Positions 54,252-58,102 of a stretch of DNA of 58,102 nt are shown here, piece by piece. Source of the stretch: a virus (taxonomy: Duplodnaviria > Caudoviricetes); the IMG/VR virus record IMGVR_UViG_3300046787_000172, positions 1 to 58,102 of that record; one strand, given 5' to 3'. The translations under genes and the position numbers were made by a program. How positions within the stretch are numbered: the stretch's first letter is position 1; each line of letters begins with the position of its first letter. The notes beneath the pieces were generated by a model. It saw only the letters and a list, made by a program, of their open reading frames with translations, made no database searches and was not told the origin of the DNA.

Positions 54252-55922
54252 ATGGCAGATTTCTTCAGAGGCCTCGCCGGTGGCATGCAAACCGGCCTTC
54301 AGTTTGGGCGAGCCATGCAAGAGCGTCAAGAGCGCGAACGTCTGCGTGAAGCCATGGGGCTTACCCCACAAGAGATGCAGCAGCGTCAGGCATCGCCAGA
54401 AGAACTGGGCCGCGCACAGGCGGAGACCCAAGCACTTGCTGCTGAAGACGCAAGAATGTTTGGACTTGGCCCACAAGAGCAGGCTGCATACGCCCCCCAG
54501 ATGCCCGTCGAAGGCCAGCGTGTCGGACTGCCACGATACCAGCTTGCCGGTCAGACATACGACCGCGCACCCACACAGCAGGAAATCCAGCAAGCTCGAT
54601 ACGGAGCCATGGCCGATGTGATCGCTGAGCGTGATCCTGCGCGTGCAATGGAAATGCGCCAGCGTCTGGAAGATCAGTTGTATCAAGCTAAAGAGCGCCC
54701 GCTTCGGTTGCAACAACTGGAAGGTCAAATCGCTGGACAGAAAACACAGCAGCGGCTTGCTGACGTTGGCTTAACCAAAGCTGAACGCGACCTTCAACAA
54801 ACACTGAGTTTCGATAGCGCGTTCGCAAAGATTAACGAAACCAAGTACGAAAAGCCAGAAGACCGAGACGCTGCTGTTTTAGCTGCTGTTGAGCAATTTA
54901 AAGGTCCAGAAGCCAAAGCAGCGTTGCAAAAAGATTACAGCGCCCTAGAACGTGACAAAATTGCGAAAGATGGTTTGAAGTTTGACCAAACTATCAAGCA
55001 GGCCCGCCTCAAAGGGCCAGCCGCAGCGCTCAAAGCCATTGACGACCTGAACGACAGTTTTAAGCTGGAGATTGACGGCTTTAACGTAACGCAGGTCAAC
55101 AACGATGGTACTCGGGTTCCGTTTCTGTCAGCAAAAACAGCTGACGAGTTTGCACTTAGCGTGGACTCGAGGATCAAAGAAGGTGGCGCTTTTGAGTTGG
55201 CCAAGTTCCGTCAAGATGAGCAGACAAAAGCTGCACAGATTGGCTACTACAACGCATTGGCAAAGAAGGCTGCTTCCGAAGGTGGGGCTGCTGCCAACCA
55301 ACTGTCTGGCGTACAAGTGGGTTATGCACGAGACCCAAAGACAGGTCAGCCAGTTCAAATTATGAGCGCCCTTCGTTTTAACAAGCGAACAGGTGATCTG
55401 GAGAGCGTGCAGGTTCCGCTTGAGCAGAACGTCGTCCCCGCAGCTGCGCTGGACCCAAAAAAGATTTCTGAAGCTGCTGAGCTGATGGTTGGCACACCAG
55501 TAGACCCGACAAACAAAAAGGGTCCGCAACACACTTTCCAAACAGCGCGGCAAGCTGTTACGGATCAGATTTTCAACCAATACTTGGGCACTGGAGATAC
55601 TGCGGCTGACCTCGATCCAAAAGGATTGGCGGCAAAGATTCTGGCTGGGCAACAACCAGCTGCTGCAACGCCTGCACAAAAACCCGCAAGAACTCCAGCC
55701 GCTGTTGGCATTGATCCAAACAGACCGCAGGCAGCGATAAACCCCGTTACGGGTCTTCCACGTGAAACGCCTGTAGGCGCACCAAACTTGGTTGCTGCTG
55801 TGGGTCAGGGGCTAGATGCAGGTCAGGCTCGCTACAAAGCCTATTTAGAGTCTAAAATAGCCAACAGACAACCGCTGACGGCAGACGAAAAAATTCGAGC
55901 GCAGAGGTTTGGCTTACAGTAA
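54252..55922 (+). CDS. Second ejection / internal virion protein
   Basis: FFRGLAGGMQTG start; helical; position. Confidence 0.65.
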   Translation: MADFFRGLAGGMQTGLQFGRAMQERQERERLREAMGLTPQEMQQRQASPEELGRAQAETQALAAEDARMFGLGPQEQAAYAPQMPVEGQRVGLPRYQLAGQTYDRAPTQQEIQQARYGAMADVIAERDPARAMEMRQRLEDQLYQAKERPLRLQQLEGQIAGQKTQQRLADVGLTKAERDLQQTLSFDSAFAKINETKYEKPEDRDAAVLAAVEQFKGPEAKAALQKDYSALERDKIAKDGLKFDQTIKQARLKGPAAALKAIDDLNDSFKLEIDGFNVTQVNNDGTRVPFLSAKTADEFALSVDSRIKEGGAFELAKFRQDEQTKAAQIGYYNALAKKAASEGGAAANQLSGVQVGYARDPKTGQPVQIMSALRFNKRTGDLESVQVPLEQNVVPAAALDPKKISEAAELMVGTPVDPTNKKGPQHTFQTARQAVTDQIFNQYLGTGDTAADLDPKGLAAKILAGQQPAAATPAQKPARTPAAVGIDPNRPQAAINPVTGLPRETPVGAPNLVAAVGQGLDAGQARYKAYLESKIANRQPLTADEKIRAQRFGLQ

Positions 55923-55953
55923 CGTGTAGTTCAAGCGAAGTAAAGGTGCCCCC

Positions 55954-58102
55954 ATGCCGTCTATTGCAGACCTGCGATCCGCCCTTGGGGCGTTTGCCAA
56001 CGACAAAAGCGATGAGCAGCTTCTGCAACTAGCTTCCACTGCGGCGGGGGTTTCCCCGGGCCGTATTGCTTCTGAGTATGGCTACAAGCCAACGGAATCC
56101 GGCGTTGCAGGGCTTCGCACTGGCGCTGCCATTGACCGCTATCAGGCAGGTCTGTATGGGCTGGGCGAGGCTGTTACCGGCGCTGACTTCTTTCGTCGCG
56201 GTCGCGAAGCCAATGAGTTTGAAGCCAACGTAGCATCTGAACGTGCTCGCGCTCAAGGCGCAATTGAGAGCTTTGAAGACGTCCAAGGTATTTCTGACCT
56301 GCCAAGCTATGTTGGTGGTTTGGCCATTGGCTCTGCCCCTTACATGGTTGAAGCCCTTGGCGGCGGTTTGGCTGCTCGCGGGTTGATGTCTGGCACTCGT
56401 GCCGCTCTGGGTACTGCCCGGGCTGCCGGTGACGTTGGTGCTGCTGCACAAGCCACTCGAGCGTTGCGTGCTGGCCAAACTGTTGGCGGTGTAGCTGCTG
56501 GTTATCCATCAGCAGTTGGTGACATTTTGCAATCGCAACGAGAGCAAGCCGACGGTCAGATTGACTTGGGTGCTGCGGCAGCGCTCGGCGTGCCGTACTC
56601 GGCGCTCAACGCTTTGGGCATTGAAGGTGCGCTGGCACGGCAGCAAGGTATTCGCTCGGGCATTGCCGCTTTGGATAGTATTCAAGGTCTGCGTGGCGGT
56701 CTTGCACGTGCTGGGGCTTCTGGTGTACGTACCGCTGGTATAGAAGGCGGCACCGAGACTCTGCAGGAGATGACCAGCCAGCTTGGTCGCATGGCCGTTG
56801 ACCCAAATGAAGCGTTTTTGTCCGATGCTGCGCTGGGTCGTTACAAAGAATCCGCCATCGGTGGCGCATTGCTCGGCGGTACTATTGGTGGCGCTACAGG
56901 CTTTGGCCGCAGTGAAGGTTACCGAGCTCCCATGCAGGAGCGCGACCTGACTCAGGAAGACACAAGTACCGAGCAAAAACCAGTTCTTGGTTTGCAGTAC
57001 AACCCACTTGCAGGCACTCCAATTGTTTTCCCGGATGGCACTGTTGCCTTGGGTAGTGAGCAGGAAATGCTGGCCCGCACTGGTATCAAAATGCCTGCCG
57101 CTGGCGAAACAGACCTGACTGCGCCTGCAGCTACAACTGCTGCACCTGCCGGTGAAACTAAACCGACAGTGCCGTCCATCTTCAGCGAAACAGATACTGC
57201 ACTGAACAAACTTGGTGTCAAGCCTACAAAGAATTCTCGCGGCATCTACGACTACTTGGTGGCCGAGGGCATCGACCCTGCTTCACCAGAAGCTGAACCA
57301 GTACTGAACGCTTTGGCCAGTAGCAAACTTGGCGAAGCCCGCAAGGCCGTTGGCGAAATCATTCGAGCAAGGAGTCCCCGTGGCACAGGAGTTTCTACTG
57401 TACAGCAGCCTGCAGGAGGCGTGGGAGTCGGGGGCGCTGTCGTTCAAGGAAGCGTGGGAAATGCAAGACCAGCTACTCCTGTCGCGGGAGCAGTGGTCGG
57501 AGGTACCCCAGTCACTGGAGCCCCACTTCAACAAGCTGGCATTCTTCCAGTCGCCAGCGGCCAACCATCTACCACTGTAACTACCGGAGCACCAAGTGGC
57601 ACTCAAGCCCCTCAAACCATCCAAGCAGCGCCGCAAGGACAAACAACCACCAGAGGTGCCGCTGGTACCACTACGGTAAAGCCAAACACGACCCTGCGTC
57701 TGACTAAGCAAGAAGACATTAAAGACCCAGACGCCGCGCTGGCTGACTTCGTTGAGATCGCTCGTGAGACCGGCAACACCGCTGGCATTGACGCAGCCTT
57801 GGCCGATGCTGCCAACAAGCGTCAGGATCAAAGGGATTTCACGAAGGCTGACCTCGACGAGATCATTGAGGCCCAACTTGGCAAGGGCAAAAACAAAGAG
57901 CGAGACCGCCAAATCTTGCGTGCCTACGTGCTTGCGCGTAAATCCGTTCCAGACAAGGATAAGGGCAGAGTTGTTGACCAAGTTGCAAAAGCTTTTGGTA
58001 TTACTGCTGGCCGTGTGCGCCAGATCGGAAACCCAGAAAAACTCGCAGACATCGCTGTGTCCATGGGGTTTAACCGCAACCAAGTGTTCACTGAGCTGGG
58101 CA
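55954..58102 (+). CDS. N-terminal part of the giant polyvalent ejection protein (continues to 5280; ~2433 aa in total)
   Basis: ATG at 55954; frame open to the window end and in frame with base 1; Gly/Ala-rich helices with an EGGTETLQE motif; absent from the ORF track because it has no stop before the window end. Confidence 0.85.
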   Translation, partial: MPSIADLRSALGAFANDKSDEQLLQLASTAAGVSPGRIASEYGYKPTESGVAGLRTGAAIDRYQAGLYGLGEAVTGADFFRRGREANEFEANVASERARAQGAIESFEDVQGISDLPSYVGGLAIGSAPYMVEALGGGLAARGLMSGTRAALGTARAAGDVGAAAQATRALRAGQTVGGVAAGYPSAVGDILQSQREQADGQIDLGAAAALGVPYSALNALGIEGALARQQGIRSGIAALDSIQGLRGGLARAGASGVRTAGIEGGTETLQEMTSQLGRMAVDPNEAFLSDAALGRYKESAIGGALLGGTIGGATGFGRSEGYRAPMQERDLTQEDTSTEQKPVLGLQYNPLAGTPIVFPDGTVALGSEQEMLARTGIKMPAAGETDLTAPAATTAAPAGETKPTVPSIFSETDTALNKLGVKPTKNSRGIYDYLVAEGIDPASPEAEPVLNALASSKLGEARKAVGEIIRARSPRGTGVSTVQQPAGGVGVGGAVVQGSVGNARPATPVAGAVVGGTPVTGAPLQQAGILPVASGQPSTTVTTGAPSGTQAPQTIQAAPQGQTTTRGAAGTTTVKPNTTLRLTKQEDIKDPDAALADFVEIARETGNTAGIDAALADAANKRQDQRDFTKADLDEIIEAQLGKGKNKERDRQILRAYVLARKSVPDKDKGRVVDQVAKAFGITAGRVRQIGNPEKLADIAVSMGFNRNQVFTELG
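57380..57580 (+). CDS. Nested +1-frame acidic protein MAQEFLLYSSLQEAWESGALSFKEAWEMQDQLL... (66 aa)
   Basis: AAGGAG at 57369-57374, 5 nt before GTG; globular-looking sequence where the host frame is low complexity. Confidence 0.65.
   Translation: MAQEFLLYSSLQEAWESGALSFKEAWEMQDQLLLSREQWSEVPQSLEPHFNKLAFFQSPAANHLPL
57596..57679 (+). CDS. Possible nested +1-frame basic peptide MALKPLKPSKQRRKDKQPPEVPLVPLR (27 aa)
   Basis: GGAG at 57586-57589, 6 nt before GTG; follows the previous nested ORF. Confidence 0.4.
   Translation: MALKPLKPSKQRRKDKQPPEVPLVPLR
57976..58102. repeat. Terminal direct repeat, copy 2
   Basis: Identical to 1-127. Confidence 0.95.

Noticed and set aside
57976-58102. 127-bp terminal direct repeat as a biological genome end
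   Set aside because: It falls mid-gene and its length equals a common assembler k-mer size, so it is most likely circular-assembly overlap.
1-58102. Integrase, tRNA genes, alternative genetic code
   Set aside because: None recognised; core genes are uninterrupted under the standard code and use all three stop codons.

Overview
The window is a complete, circularly permuted dsDNA tailed-phage genome of about 57,975 bp; bases 57976-58102 repeat bases 1-127. It has podovirus-type architecture. The minus-strand arm (about 30400 to 6360) holds many small early genes, a MoxR-type AAA+/vWA-metallopeptidase module, two free-standing HNH endonucleases, family A DNA polymerase, PD-(D/E)xK and VRR-NUC nucleases, an SNF2 helicase, an SSB-like protein and a primase-helicase. 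The plus-strand arm (about 31170 through the junction to 6280) holds a ribbon-helix-helix regulator, terminase, portal, scaffold, capsid, tail parts, a lysis cassette (GH19 endolysin, Rz/Rz1), ejection proteins, a giant ~2433-aa polyvalent protein spanning the junction, and a cluster of small basic proteins. I saw no integrase, tRNA or CRISPR array. Spanins and sigma70-type signals imply a Gram-negative host (inference). The most unusual signals are: (1) four +1-frame ORFs, each with its own RBS, nested in the linkers of the giant ejected protein; (2) about 12 early proteins, mostly unrelated, that share a C-terminal helix ending in [KR]-L and are interleaved with the AAA+/vWA module; (3) a hairpin-dense ~400-550 nt non-coding leader with boxA-like sites; (4) an iteron/IHF origin-like region bracketed by TGTATACA operators. 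All family assignments come from motif recognition by eye; no searches were run.
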